Source: a virus. Taken from it: a stretch of DNA of 64,000 nt. The notes under the pieces are model-generated. The model was not told where the DNA came from. It saw nothing but the letters and a program-made list of their open reading frames with translations, and searched no databases. The stretch is from IMG/VR virus record IMGVR_UViG_3300049435_000061, positions 1-64,000 of that record. The stretch is one strand, 5' to 3'. This document shows, in pieces, positions 24,616-35,613 of this stretch; positions within the stretch are counted from its first letter, which is position 1, and each line of letters starts with the position of its first letter. The position numbers and the translations under genes were made by a program.

Positions 24616-25470
24616 CTAGCTGATGATGTAGAGACAGCCAACGGCCCCGACACCGCCGTTGGCCACTGAGCCGGTAGCAGCTGACACGCCGCCGCCGCCA
24701 CCGCCGCCGCCAGGAGCACCACCCGCACCGCCCGCAAACCCTGCGCTATTGTTGGCACCGCCGCCGCCACCGCCCGCACCGCCCGCTGGAATACCTGACG
24801 GCGCTGCCGCGCCATCCCCACCGACAGCACCCATACCGGCCTGCCCAGACGCCGAGAATGCGCCGGGCACGCCGTCAGTGTTGGGTATCGACCAGTTGTT
24901 GGTACCGGTGAACAGTTGACCACCCATGCCGCCGTCACCGGGTGGCACCGTCACCGCGTAGGTACCGTCCGCTTTATAGACAGCGCCGACACCGGGGCTG
25001 CCTACGCAGTAGCTGCCGAAACTGGTGCTGCCGCCGAGCGTTCCACGCCCCACCGAACTGGCACCGGCACCGCCTGTGCCGATGGTGATAGCAACAGTTG
25101 ACGGCAACTCATTAGTGTAGAGCTGCTGACTTACATAGCCACCGGAACGACCGGGCAGCGGAGGAACAAACGTCGTCGTGCTGCCCTTACCACCGCCCTG
25201 CCCACCACAAATGGCAATGACAGTGATTAGGTTGTGCTCCGTCGGTGTGGGGTTGGTCCACGTTTGCGACGTATTGTATTGCGTTAACGTGCCCCCGCCC
25301 TCCAATGCTGTAATCCGATTTTGATAGTTCGCTATGACAGTTTCAACGTCTGTCGTTGAGTGCCCCAAACCGGTGAACAAGGTTGATGCTGTCGCGATTG
25401 CATCAATAGTTGCCTGATTTTTCTGAACCCATTGCAGGGCCAGATCATAGAGTCCACCACCGTCGCTCAT
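24616..25470 (-). CDS. glycine-rich minor tail protein
   Basis: GGGGG-rich C-terminus; ATGA coupling. Confidence 0.8.
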   Translation of the reverse strand: MSDGGGLYDLALQWVQKNQATIDAIATASTLFTGLGHSTTDVETVIANYQNRITALEGGGTLTQYNTSQTWTNPTPTEHNLITVIAICGGQGGGKGSTTTFVPPLPGRSGGYVSQQLYTNELPSTVAITIGTGGAGASSVGRGTLGGSTSFGSYCVGSPGVGAVYKADGTYAVTVPPGDGGMGGQLFTGTNNWSIPNTDGVPGAFSASGQAGMGAVGGDGAAAPSGIPAGGAGGGGGGANNSAGFAGGAGGAPGGGGGGGGVSAATGSVANGGVGAVGCLYIIS

Positions 25471-26984
25471 CCTGAAGCCGTCCACTGCCGCAGTCCACCC
25501 GGTGGACAGTTCGCCAAGAATTGCTGCTCACATCTGCCGCCCAGGCCGCGTCGTCGGTATGTCGGCCCCATCTGCGAGCCTGTTCCCGGTTCGAGATAGC
25601 CGTTCATAAACCCAACGCCGTCGAGCTGGCCGGTGAACGCACGACCTTTCGCGAAAAATGTAAACGACTTGCCCGCAACAGCTGTCGAGGTGGTGCCAGA
25701 TGTCAAGTTGGTGCCGACGCCGTTGATGAAGTAGTCGAGTGACCATGCGCCGTTGGCTTTCAACCGGAGCCGGACCCCGGTACGGGTGGCCCAGCTGGTG
25801 AAGGTGTTCATCCGAATCCATAGATCGTTGAAGCCGAAGTTGATCGGAATTAGGATCGGCGACGATCCGGCTGCACCATTGAAAATGCATGACACCGTCT
25901 GGTCGTCTGTGGATGCGGTGACACCGTTTCGGAAACCAACGTAATCACCTGTGGTGGAACTTTTTACGGTGAGATTGTGGCCGTCCGGGATGGCGACAGT
26001 TACACCGGCGGTGGAGTAAAACATGCTCCATGCCGAACCGGGGTCGACGGTGGTAATCCGCTCGAAGGCGTCACTGTCGGTGGTGCCGGTTGAAAACGCT
26101 GCCTGCAACTGTGCGATCTGTGCAGCCTGTCCAGCGAGGGCACCGGACTGGGACAGCACCGCCGCACCCATCTGGGAGTTGTTGGCCCCGAACCCGTTTA
26201 AGCCGGTGATGCCGGTCCACAGACTGTCCACCGCCGACTGTAGGTCGGTGGAATGTTGCAACCGAATATCCGGAAGTGACTGCGGCGAAACAGCTATCGG
26301 CGTTATAGGAATGGTGGCTGTGCCGTTGTTGTTGATGCTCAATGGGAACTGTGCGTCAGTTAGGTATGAAGCTGTGCCATTGTTGTTAATGGTGATCGAA
26401 GACGTTGACGGCGACGGCGTTGCAGTGCCGTTGTTGTTGAGTATCGCCGTGGGGAAAATGCTGAGCCAGCCGGTGAGCAGGCCGAGGATTTGACCCAACG
26501 GCAAGTTCGGTATGAACGGCAGACCAACTTGTGTACCACCACCGGCAGAAAGCAAGCCGCCCAACAATGGTATCGACGTCGGAGCGGGCAGCCCTGGCGT
26601 ACCAGATCCCAGATTGGTTGGGTTGCCAAGGACGCTGGTGATGTCGGTAAAAATCGAACCCAGCCCGGCCATCCCGCTCAAACCGGGTATCGCATTGGTG
26701 AACAACGCGATCAGGGTTGCGGGCGATACGCTGCCGCCAAACAGGCCGCTCAACTGGAACAGGCCGGTACCACTGAACGGGTTGAAGAAGCCTTGCACCG
26801 CAGTAACAACCGCACGACTGATCATTTCGATGAACTGCGCCCGCACTGCGGCGAGCTGTTCTGCACTCATCGGCGGCGCAGGGGTACTGTTCGGCGTCGT
26901 CGGGGTTACATACCCAAGCGGCGCTTCGCTGGGCATCGTCGGATCGGTGGGCCACGACTTCGACGCAAAAACAGGGAAACTCAC
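25467..26984 (-). CDS. minor tail protein
   Basis: Position; NNNGTA x3; beta-rich C-terminal domain. Confidence 0.8.
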   Translation of the reverse strand: MSFPVFASKSWPTDPTMPSEAPLGYVTPTTPNSTPAPPMSAEQLAAVRAQFIEMISRAVVTAVQGFFNPFSGTGLFQLSGLFGGSVSPATLIALFTNAIPGLSGMAGLGSIFTDITSVLGNPTNLGSGTPGLPAPTSIPLLGGLLSAGGGTQVGLPFIPNLPLGQILGLLTGWLSIFPTAILNNNGTATPSPSTSSITINNNGTASYLTDAQFPLSINNNGTATIPITPIAVSPQSLPDIRLQHSTDLQSAVDSLWTGITGLNGFGANNSQMGAAVLSQSGALAGQAAQIAQLQAAFSTGTTDSDAFERITTVDPGSAWSMFYSTAGVTVAIPDGHNLTVKSSTTGDYVGFRNGVTASTDDQTVSCIFNGAAGSSPILIPINFGFNDLWIRMNTFTSWATRTGVRLRLKANGAWSLDYFINGVGTNLTSGTTSTAVAGKSFTFFAKGRAFTGQLDGVGFMNGYLEPGTGSQMGPTYRRRGLGGRCEQQFLANCPPGGLRQWTASG

Positions 26985-27868
26985 GGCAGCGGTTGCACTC
27001 TCACCCAGAACGTGGTGTCAGGTGACGCTGGCGTAGCCCAGTTGGAGGTGGAAGAGTTTTTCTGCTCAGCGCGCAGATGCACACTGACACCGCCATCGGT
27101 GGTCAACACTTTGCCGAAGTTGGTTTCACCGGACAGTGCTGCCGGGATCAACGTTGTGGGAATGCCTGCCGGATTCGACCCGATCAACCCTTTACCGAAA
27201 CCAACCTGGTTGCCGGTGGAGGCGTCGCCGACGCGCGCCACCAAATCGACACGGGTGGGTGTGGCACCATCAGTACCGGTGACAACGGTCTGCGCGAACG
27301 CCAACGGACGCCAGTTCCACGGCTGCGCCGGAATCGCAATGCTGGCCAGCAGGCGCGGTGACGTGTTGCCTGAGGCTGTCGCGCCAATAGATGTGGCGAC
27401 ATAATCGCTACCCACTTTGACGGCGGACAAAACAAACTTGCCATCAGAGTTGCGGTAGGTGAGTTGAAACCCGTCGACAGCCGAGCCGAGCGCTGGTGCG
27501 CCCGCTGTGCCATCGTGCAGAAAATCACTTGACCCGCTTATGCTTGGCGAACCGGTCAGGCCGGTGATGCCCTGGTTGATGTGAAACTCCAAGGCATACT
27601 TGGCTGGCAGCCCAGCACCACCGGGGTCGATGAGGGTTTTCACCGGGTTCGGTGACGGCAGTGTGGCACCGGCAGGCTCTTGCACAAGTGTGATGTCAAA
27701 CAGGGTGGGCTGACCGGGTAAGCCTTGCGCCATGAACGGCAACGCACCGACGCCGCCTTCGGGTGTAATGATGATGTATGACACACCGGATTCGGGGTTG
27801 GCTCCGTTGATAATCTCGATGGTTGCGTTGGTGATGACAATGCTGTTTCCGTTGATGCTCACGCCCAC
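26981..27868 (-). CDS. minor tail protein
   Basis: Position and composition. Confidence 0.8.
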   Translation of the reverse strand: MGVSINGNSIVITNATIEIINGANPESGVSYIIITPEGGVGALPFMAQGLPGQPTLFDITLVQEPAGATLPSPNPVKTLIDPGGAGLPAKYALEFHINQGITGLTGSPSISGSSDFLHDGTAGAPALGSAVDGFQLTYRNSDGKFVLSAVKVGSDYVATSIGATASGNTSPRLLASIAIPAQPWNWRPLAFAQTVVTGTDGATPTRVDLVARVGDASTGNQVGFGKGLIGSNPAGIPTTLIPAALSGETNFGKVLTTDGGVSVHLRAEQKNSSTSNWATPASPDTTFWVRVQPLP

Positions 27869-27878
27869 AATGGAACTC

Positions 27879-29603
27879 CTAGTATGTAGCTAAAGTCAGA
27901 ACGTTGATCGCCTCTTGGAATTTGACGATGTTGCGATACGTCTTCACAGAGGCCGGTTCCTCGGCGATGCCGTCGCCGATCTGCACCTCACAGTTGACGG
28001 CGTCGCGCTGGTCTGTGATGACAATGTTCTCGACGAAATCGGTGTATATCCTGCTGCGCCTGATAATCGAGGCGAGGCTGCCGGGGAACAGGTCGCGCCC
28101 AACCTCATACGGATAGCCGTTGGTGAAATTGACTATGCCGCTGACGTATCCGCGTGTGTTCCACTGTTCACGCTTCAGCGCAAAGAGGGCGTCGATGTTG
28201 TAGGGCGCACTGTTGGTCGGTGTGAACCATTCCGGGTATCCGTATGGCCCAAGTTTGATTCGGCGTTTCATGTTGTCTGCCAACTGAAATGCCAACAGGA
28301 TGTCGTTGAACAAACCGTCAAGAATGTTGGATGGCAACCCTGTGAATCCAACGACAATCATCAGCATGTCAAGGAAATACGCCAGGGTGGCATTGATCAA
28401 ATCGTTCATCCACTTCGGCGAATGCCCGCCGATCACCGTCCTCCAAGCAAGGGGGTGGTGGTGGGCCATTTCGCCCCAACAGCCCGACAGTGGATGGTCA
28501 GCGTTGAAGATTGCCCACGGTGGAATCCAGTTGAGACCCAGCGCTGGCGCTATGTTGAAACCTTCCGGCGCTGGCAGCCCATCAGGGTTCAGGAACGGCT
28601 GGGTGACCTCACCAAAGACGCTGTCCTGCAAGTCAACAACGGTACGCAGGATGCCGTCGAGGAAAGTACCGGTCGGACCGACAATACCCATGCGGTCTTT
28701 GACGTCAACGACGATGGTGGGCACCGTCAACGGGAACATCATGTTGTCGTCGGGCTGCGGATCACCGGGACGCCACAGTTTGACCTCAACAACGAGACCG
28801 TTGTCTTTGACAATCTGGTCGATCAGTTCGTAAATCTTGTCCATCCGCCAGTTCACCGATATGAAAGGTGAAGTGTCGGTGAGGACATCGAGCAAGCCCA
28901 TACGAACATAGATCGGCGTGCGCAACATTCGCATGACGTCGGAGACGTCGAACTGGCCATCCGGCCCTAGCGGGTCGCTCTGCATAAGCAACGTGCCGAA
29001 CCAGCTGCGCCAGTCCAGGTTTAGGCTGCCCAGGTTGTTGATGAGGTCCCACAAACCGGACTGCAAACGGAACGTCTGGGTGGCGACAATCCATTTGATG
29101 ACAGTGATGGCCGGACCGATCGCCACGCCGCGTGGCGGAAACTGCACCTGGATCGGAAGCAGAAAGTTGGGCCACGCAAGGATTTTCATGAGCCAGGCGC
29201 GGTCGCCTTCAAGCTCACAGATGACGGTGTCGGCTTCATCTTTCCAACCGAACCGATCTTTCGCCACCTTGATACGGCCAGACCAAAGCAGGTGCCCTAT
29301 CTCGATGGTGACCGGCACAACCTCGTCGTGACACAGCAGTGCAGCTGGTGCCAACGAGTCTTCGCCTTTCATTACCAGCTGGCCGGTCTCCACCTGGTGG
29401 CGGGGGAAGGCTGCTTGCAAACTGACGTAGTCGTTGCATTCGCCGCGAACGTTGTAGACCTTGTCGTAGATGGTGACCAGAATGTCTGTGGGTGAAGCCA
29501 ACTCGGCAGCAGCCATCATGTCGGCGGCGCTTACGGCGGTGCGTGCATCTGATTGCAGCTTGGCCCGGAGGGCTTCAGGGTTGGCGAAGTCTACTCTGGC
29601 CAT
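27879..29603 (-). CDS. minor tail (baseplate hub/Tal-like) protein
   Basis: Second gene after tape measure; WPNFLLPIQVQFP. Confidence 0.85.
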   Translation of the reverse strand: MARVDFANPEALRAKLQSDARTAVSAADMMAAAELASPTDILVTIYDKVYNVRGECNDYVSLQAAFPRHQVETGQLVMKGEDSLAPAALLCHDEVVPVTIEIGHLLWSGRIKVAKDRFGWKDEADTVICELEGDRAWLMKILAWPNFLLPIQVQFPPRGVAIGPAITVIKWIVATQTFRLQSGLWDLINNLGSLNLDWRSWFGTLLMQSDPLGPDGQFDVSDVMRMLRTPIYVRMGLLDVLTDTSPFISVNWRMDKIYELIDQIVKDNGLVVEVKLWRPGDPQPDDNMMFPLTVPTIVVDVKDRMGIVGPTGTFLDGILRTVVDLQDSVFGEVTQPFLNPDGLPAPEGFNIAPALGLNWIPPWAIFNADHPLSGCWGEMAHHHPLAWRTVIGGHSPKWMNDLINATLAYFLDMLMIVVGFTGLPSNILDGLFNDILLAFQLADNMKRRIKLGPYGYPEWFTPTNSAPYNIDALFALKREQWNTRGYVSGIVNFTNGYPYEVGRDLFPGSLASIIRRSRIYTDFVENIVITDQRDAVNCEVQIGDGIAEEPASVKTYRNIVKFQEAINVLTLATY

Positions 29604-31645
29604 CGCCTCAGCGGCGTCAGTGCCGCAACGATTTTCGAGTCCGCGTTACCACCCTCGATAGTGCAGGCTATTGCATAGGTGTCTGGTGGGCCACCGGTTG
29701 GCTTGGGTGGCAACGGCTTGTTGAACCGACCTTTCAACAGCGAATACAACTGGCCTTGTGGCGGTCTCATGCCGAGCAACGATTCAAACCACGACAGCAG
29801 CGGCGGCGTGTTGTTGTTCTGGGCGAGACCCAACAGCTTGTTGAAAAAATCGAGAAAGCCACTGGTCTGTTCCTGCGTGAACGGCGATGATGGTTGACCG
29901 GGTGACAAGTCAACAACGCCACGCAACCTGGGTATCGTTGTGAGCAACGCGATTTGGTTGTCACCGAGCGGGCCGAAAGTCACCATGTCGGTCGCGTTGG
30001 GGCCGTTGGCAATACTTACTTTAGTGAACGGACCGTACACCAGATAGCGCCCGTAGCCGTCCTGGTCGCCGAAGTTTGTCAGGTTGAGATGACCGGACTG
30101 GGTGGCGGTGATGTTGCTGTTGACGTTGAACTCGTCAATGGACGGCGGGACGCCCTGTGCGCTAGTGCCTGCGGCGGCTTTCATCCCAAAACCGCTGCCA
30201 CGATTGGACGATCCCACGACTGAACCGGTCCCGGTTTCTTTGAAAAGGAACGGCTTGTTGTTGACGTCGGGAATAGGAAACCCGTTTCGCAACACCTTGA
30301 ACCATCGAGTGTTGGTGTCTACACCGCATACAAGAGTCCAGTTCTCCCACCATGTTGGTTTGAGGGGAAGCTGATGTGTGTACATAACCGTTTCGGTTCC
30401 GGCGTTGAAGCGGGACAACACAATCGAGTCCGCGCCAATACGGGCGCGAACAGCGGTCGGGCTTGCGTCACTGCCATTCCACCTACCCCAGATGTCGATG
30501 AATGCGCCTGCCGGGATCGGCCATTCATGGATGTCGCCAAGACGTACGGTGACGACCTGATTGTCACTGCTGGTGGAAGGTCCCGAACCGTCGACAGCTG
30601 TGCCAATCATCACCGAGGTTGCGGTGCCACCCGGTGTGAGTGACGCACCCGACGCCGACGCCGTAATGTTGGTGAACGCGAGTGCACCACCAAACACAAC
30701 CGTGTAAAACACACCGGCTGTGCCGGTTACGGTCACATCGCCGGGGGCAACGTTGGACAACGCCTCTAGGGCCGTCTGCACCGTCGCTGGCGCGGCGTTG
30801 AAGGCGATGCCAGCTGTGGTCTGTCCGTTGACGGTGTAGGTCCATGTGCCACCCGTGAACGCACCGTTGATGTAAACGGTTTGTATCTCGTTGATGCCCA
30901 GAAACCGGTTGCGAACTTCACGTGCAGCTGTGCCACTAGGGAACCAACGCACCCGCCCGTTGTCGGTCTCACATGTGCCGCCTGTGCCAATATAGGTTTG
31001 CGCCCACTGCGGTCCCAGATTGCCGACGTCGTCACGGTTGAACAGGTCACGCACCTTGCCGGGCACGAGGCTGTTTGAGATGTGGAACGTCGACACCGAG
31101 TCGACGCCCCTCCAAAACGCTTCATCGTTGCGGATCGTCCAGGTGTATTTCTGACGCAACCGCCGAGCTTGTGCCCTGAACTGCCTTTCCGGTGGTGACT
31201 TCAAAAGCCTTGGCGCGCAATACCAACAACCCTGATCAGGAGTGATGTATTGCAACTTGCCCGGTTTGCGGGGGTCCCACGAAGCCATCCAGTCCCGCAG
31301 GACGCGGCGGATCGCCGATGCCGCCAACTCTGGCCGAGCGTTGTTGGGTGTGGCGGTAAACTCAACCTCCATGTCGTATTCGGCAGGCTCATAAACGGTG
31401 TGTTGCCACGAAACACCGTCCTGCCGTGCGCCTTTCAGCTCGACATGCTTGAACGACGGGAACAAACCGCTGATCCCGTCAGCAAGTGCAGCACCCTCCT
31501 GTACGCCCAACTGCGGCTCCAAGCCGCCACACAAACCCCACTGAATGCCCTCGTCTTGACTGGTATAGATGATCAGCGGTTCGATCCGGTCTTTGAGGGT
31601 CTGTGCGCCTTTCCGGGTTACCAGGCCGGGCGGGTAAAACTTCAT
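29591..31645 (-). CDS. minor tail (distal tail-like) protein
   Basis: First gene after tape measure; ends TPLRRWPE. Confidence 0.85.
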   Translation of the reverse strand: MKFYPPGLVTRKGAQTLKDRIEPLIIYTSQDEGIQWGLCGGLEPQLGVQEGAALADGISGLFPSFKHVELKGARQDGVSWQHTVYEPAEYDMEVEFTATPNNARPELAASAIRRVLRDWMASWDPRKPGKLQYITPDQGCWYCAPRLLKSPPERQFRAQARRLRQKYTWTIRNDEAFWRGVDSVSTFHISNSLVPGKVRDLFNRDDVGNLGPQWAQTYIGTGGTCETDNGRVRWFPSGTAAREVRNRFLGINEIQTVYINGAFTGGTWTYTVNGQTTAGIAFNAAPATVQTALEALSNVAPGDVTVTGTAGVFYTVVFGGALAFTNITASASGASLTPGGTATSVMIGTAVDGSGPSTSSDNQVVTVRLGDIHEWPIPAGAFIDIWGRWNGSDASPTAVRARIGADSIVLSRFNAGTETVMYTHQLPLKPTWWENWTLVCGVDTNTRWFKVLRNGFPIPDVNNKPFLFKETGTGSVVGSSNRGSGFGMKAAAGTSAQGVPPSIDEFNVNSNITATQSGHLNLTNFGDQDGYGRYLVYGPFTKVSIANGPNATDMVTFGPLGDNQIALLTTIPRLRGVVDLSPGQPSSPFTQEQTSGFLDFFNKLLGLAQNNNTPPLLSWFESLLGMRPPQGQLYSLLKGRFNKPLPPKPTGGPPDTYAIACTIEGGNADSKIVAALTPLRRWPE

Positions 31646-34600
31646 CGACCACCGCCCGCACCGTATGCACGTATCTGCCGGTCGATGTCACGCGCGATCT
31701 GCTGACTGTCGGACGGGCTGGTGACATGCATCTCGCCGATCAGCGGTGCCTGACCGGGCTGGGATGCCGGTCCCCCAGGGCCGGGCTGCCCGCCCTGGCC
31801 CACGTGGGTCTCCTGCTGTTGGATCGGTGCCTGCGAGCCAGCGGTGTTCGGGCCTGCCGCCCGCACCTGCGATATGCCTTGCAAACCTCTGCCCAACCAG
31901 CTGGCCCCAGGATCGCCGAGAGGTGAACCGTTGGGCAGAAACGTTTCCATCAACCCTTGCCCGCCAATGGCCATCAGCTGGCCACCAAACTTGGCGGTCC
32001 GTGTGGCTAGCTGAGCCATAACCCCGCCACCGGGGAACATGCCCGCCGCCGCACCGATCACACCGCCACCGCCGCCACCGCTCTGCTGACCGGTGCCGGG
32101 CAGACCTTGACCGGGGGCACGACCGGTAGGCGCTGCCGAATCCGGCATGGGCACACCACCGCCTGGTGGTGGTGCGCCGCCCTGCTGCTGTTGCTGATGT
32201 TGGCGGGCGATGTCGATACCCATTTGGGCGAACGAAGCACCCAGACCAACCCAGCCGCCCTGCTGCTGCATTCCGCCGAGCATTGCGCCAGCCATCTGAC
32301 TGCCGGGGTCGTTGGGGTCGAGCGGGTTTCCCACGCCGACCGGCCCACCAAACTGGTAGTGCCCGTAGTTGTTTTTTCCGAGAATTGTGTCCCAGTCGGG
32401 CCCCATGAAAGTGTGTGGCAGGCCAGGCGACAGTGTGTGCCCGCCAGGGAATTGCATCTTTGTGTGGGGACCACCGAACCACCCACCGGTTCCGGTGTGC
32501 CAACCGCCGCCCTCACCAGGCGTGCCTTCAGGCTTCCATTTGCCTTTGCCTTTGTCACCGCTACCGGCTATAGCAGCAAGAGACCAGTCGGCAGGACCGC
32601 CAGCGTCGCGGTGCAATGCGCTTCGCAAGGCGTAAACAGCTGAGTGCCCGCCTAATGCGTCCACATCTTCGACGGTGAGCACATGTTCGCCACGCGTCAA
32701 AAGTGAAGGGACATCATCTTTCATGCCAGCGCCGCCGCGTGCTGGCCCACCAGTCTCATACCCCGGCATAAACCAGTAGTGCTCAGGGAACTGCTTGCCC
32801 ATTGCGCCGGGGCCACTGTCATAGGACACACCACCGCTTGAACCGCCCGACTCAATGTTGACGCCGTTGGGCAGCGTGGCTGCCATGTGACCGCTTTGAC
32901 CGGCCAACGGAAGAACGCCGATGTTCAAAGCGCCTGGCATGTAACCTTTATGGAAGCCGAGGGCTTCAAAGTTTGCCGTCGTTGTGAAACTAACGTTGTG
33001 GCCAACCATTGCGCTGTAAACATCCGAAACGTAACCGGAACAATCGGTTCGTGCCGCCGCACCACCGAGACCCACGCCGGGGACCGGGCTATTACTGTAT
33101 GGAAGCCCGTTCAACGCTTGGGCTTTCGCTATAGCAGCCATGGCTGCCGGTGAAGGCACGTTCTGCAAACCAACACCGGAGGCACCGCCGCCGATGTTGG
33201 GACCGAGCGGCGCATAACCCATTGGACCGGCATTGCCGCCGCGTGGAACGTTGGGGCCACGTACGCCCGCAGCGCCACCGCCGATGCCCAATGCATTGGG
33301 ACCGCCACCCGGCCCTGTGGGGATGCCACCACCACCATTGCCGGTCATGACACCCAAAGGGTTTGGACCAGCAGGTGCCTGATCGGTTGGTATCACGTTG
33401 CCGAAAGGATCCAACGTGGCCGGTCCGCTTGGACCTTCCGGTGGTCTAATGCCCTGGAAGTCTTTTATCAGGTCGTTGAATTCACGGAACGGTCGGATCA
33501 GGTATTGGTCGATCATGTTGCTGATCGCTTTGAAGGTGATGTCAGCTGCCGGTTGCAGTTCGGTAGAAATCTCGTTTTTCAGCTTTTGGAAATCCTCATG
33601 CCACGTGTGTGTTCGTTCCCTGTCCTTTTCGATTGAGGCACCAGTGTTTTTGACCGACGTGTCAAGAGCGTCGGCTTCCAGCTTGTTCCGATGGATCGCG
33701 TCGGCAATCTGGGTCCAGCTTCTACCGAAAGCCGACCTAGCCAGATCGTTGGCTGCCAACTCCAACGTCTTGTTGTTGGTGTTTTCGGCCTCGTTGTACA
33801 TGTTGTGCAGCTGGGTGATGATGTCACCGAACCGCTGGTTAACATCTTTGCCGCCTTCACCTTTCAGAAATTTGTCGAGCAGACTGCCTTTCGGCCCTTC
33901 CTCTTTCGACAGGTTAGATATCGCAACCCGCAACCCTTTGATGGCGGCGTCGCCGTCGATGCCCGCCTTTCGCATTGTCGTAAGAAAGTTGGCAGCCTCA
34001 CCGATGTCCATGCCCAGACCACGGAACTGTGGCCCTGCGGTGGCGATACTGGCCAACAAATCGTTCACCGACTTGCCGCTCTGCTTGTGCATGTCGTAGA
34101 ACTGATCCAAGGTCTTGCTTGTGTCGGTCACCTCAATACCGAACCCGCGCATCGTCTTTACCAGGTCGGGAATGTTCAGCTTCTCACCGGTCAACTCGTT
34201 GAGGTCGGAGATTTGATGGGTCAACTGTTCCAGTGGTTGCCCGGTGAGACCGAACGCGCGGTGCAGCCGCGTCGCAACATCGGCAATGTCTTCGATGGGT
34301 GCAGCAGTGTCTTGGGCTGTCGATTTAATATCCTCGATCAAACCTTTGACTTGGGTGTCGGTGTCGGTGGTGTTGGTGATGATACTTTTGGTGATGTTGT
34401 GCCACTCTTCACCCACCTTGTACAGCTCAGTGATGACACCGGTTGCGGCAAGGCCGATTCCACCAACCGCAAGTGCTGCCGCCCCGGCGTTGGACGTTAT
34501 GCCTTTGACAACAGTTGAAAACGCATTGCCCATCGGACCGAACATTGACGAAACGTCAGAGACGGCAGTGTTGAGTCTGTTCCGCAAACCCTGGTGAAAC

Positions 34601-34785
34601 TCGTTTCCCACCTGGTCGCCGATGCGTCGACCCGACCCGACCATCCCAGCTGTGAGGTCACGCTCAAAGTCACCGGAGATGTTGCGACCGGTGTTCCTGA
34701 AATGCGTTCGGACCTCATCAGCCGCCGTCCCTAACGACTGACGGTTGATATGTGTCACGATGTCAATTGGGATCGGCACAGCCAC
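31642..34785 (-). CDS. tape measure protein
   Basis: 1047 aa, helical core; DCSG...GHMAATLPNGVNIES peptidase-like motif. Confidence 0.92.
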   Translation of the reverse strand: MAVPIPIDIVTHINRQSLGTAADEVRTHFRNTGRNISGDFERDLTAGMVGSGRRIGDQVGNEFHQGLRNRLNTAVSDVSSMFGPMGNAFSTVVKGITSNAGAAALAVGGIGLAATGVITELYKVGEEWHNITKSIITNTTDTDTQVKGLIEDIKSTAQDTAAPIEDIADVATRLHRAFGLTGQPLEQLTHQISDLNELTGEKLNIPDLVKTMRGFGIEVTDTSKTLDQFYDMHKQSGKSVNDLLASIATAGPQFRGLGMDIGEAANFLTTMRKAGIDGDAAIKGLRVAISNLSKEEGPKGSLLDKFLKGEGGKDVNQRFGDIITQLHNMYNEAENTNNKTLELAANDLARSAFGRSWTQIADAIHRNKLEADALDTSVKNTGASIEKDRERTHTWHEDFQKLKNEISTELQPAADITFKAISNMIDQYLIRPFREFNDLIKDFQGIRPPEGPSGPATLDPFGNVIPTDQAPAGPNPLGVMTGNGGGGIPTGPGGGPNALGIGGGAAGVRGPNVPRGGNAGPMGYAPLGPNIGGGASGVGLQNVPSPAAMAAIAKAQALNGLPYSNSPVPGVGLGGAAARTDCSGYVSDVYSAMVGHNVSFTTTANFEALGFHKGYMPGALNIGVLPLAGQSGHMAATLPNGVNIESGGSSGGVSYDSGPGAMGKQFPEHYWFMPGYETGGPARGGAGMKDDVPSLLTRGEHVLTVEDVDALGGHSAVYALRSALHRDAGGPADWSLAAIAGSGDKGKGKWKPEGTPGEGGGWHTGTGGWFGGPHTKMQFPGGHTLSPGLPHTFMGPDWDTILGKNNYGHYQFGGPVGVGNPLDPNDPGSQMAGAMLGGMQQQGGWVGLGASFAQMGIDIARQHQQQQQGGAPPPGGGVPMPDSAAPTGRAPGQGLPGTGQQSGGGGGGVIGAAAGMFPGGGVMAQLATRTAKFGGQLMAIGGQGLMETFLPNGSPLGDPGASWLGRGLQGISQVRAAGPNTAGSQAPIQQQETHVGQGGQPGPGGPASQPGQAPLIGEMHVTSPSDSQQIARDIDRQIRAYGAGGGR

Positions 34786-34797
34786 ACCGCCTTTCGT

Positions 34798-35118
34798 TTA
34801 TAGATCCGACATTTCTAGTGGCGCACCAGTGATCTGCGCTTTGGTTTCGGCTCGCGCCAAACGTTCCTCCGCAGCGATCTGTTCGGCTTCAATCTCGGCG
34901 TAGTCGCGTCGAATAACTTTGGCGTACCAGCCGTCTGTTGTGGCAAGCAGGCCATCCAGGTACAACAGGAATTTGCGGCTGCTCATCTTCCCGCTGAACC
35001 AATCGGCGATGTCGCGCTGCCGGTAAACCTCTAGGTCGTGCTCAATCTCGCGGGCGTAGTACAGCCAAAGGTGTAGTGCCTCAGCTACTTTTGGAGTCTG
35101 ACGCGGCCCTCTTTTCAA
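34798..35118 (-). CDS. tail assembly chaperone, frameshifted C-terminal part
   Basis: Overlaps chaperone in the +1 frame; no clear independent start. Confidence 0.7.
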   Translation of the reverse strand: MKRGPRQTPKVAEALHLWLYYAREIEHDLEVYRQRDIADWFSGKMSSRKFLLYLDGLLATTDGWYAKVIRRDYAEIEAEQIAAEERLARAETKAQITGAPLEMSDL

Positions 35119-35521
35119 TCTGTCGGCGCATCCGCTCCCACGTCAAACGCACCAGGCCGGGGGGGCCACCCGCTGCGATGAAACGGTCATACTGTTCTTG
35201 GCCCCACAAGGCCACCGAGACATGCTCGTCCAAGTCGAATATCTCACCGTCTTTTTCGCGCGGCTCTTTGAACGGACCTTTGATGGTCTGCTTGTTGCCT
35301 TCGGTGTCGGTGTATTCGACGTCGTGGCGGTCGCAGTGCTCGTAGTCGCTGTAGACCTGTTCGACCCGCTTTTTGGTGGGCGCGTCCAACAGTTCCCGGT
35401 AATAAATGTCGAGCACTTCTGCGTCACTGATCCGAATGCGGTCGCACAGGTCGAACCCGAAAAATTCGGCGTTCTGCTCCATTGCCGCCTTGATGGACAG
35501 GACGGGGCGTTCCTCTGCCAT
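35081..35521 (-). CDS. tail assembly chaperone
   Basis: Between major tail and tape measure genes. Confidence 0.8.
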   Translation of the reverse strand: MAEERPVLSIKAAMEQNAEFFGFDLCDRIRISDAEVLDIYYRELLDAPTKKRVEQVYSDYEHCDRHDVEYTDTEGNKQTIKGPFKEPREKDGEIFDLDEHVSVALWGQEQYDRFIAAGGPPGLVRLTWERMRRQIEKRAASDSKSS

Positions 35522-35613
35522 GACTGTGATCCTCTTTCACGAAAACGACTGTGGGACTGTGTTAGACCCGCCGAGGACAGCCACAGTCAAACCATCCTCG
35601 ACGGGGGCTTGAT

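Noticed and set aside
24616-26984. Frameshift-split tail fibre or DGR target
   Set aside because: Normal ATGA coupling at 25467-25470; no reverse transcriptase or TR/VR pair seen
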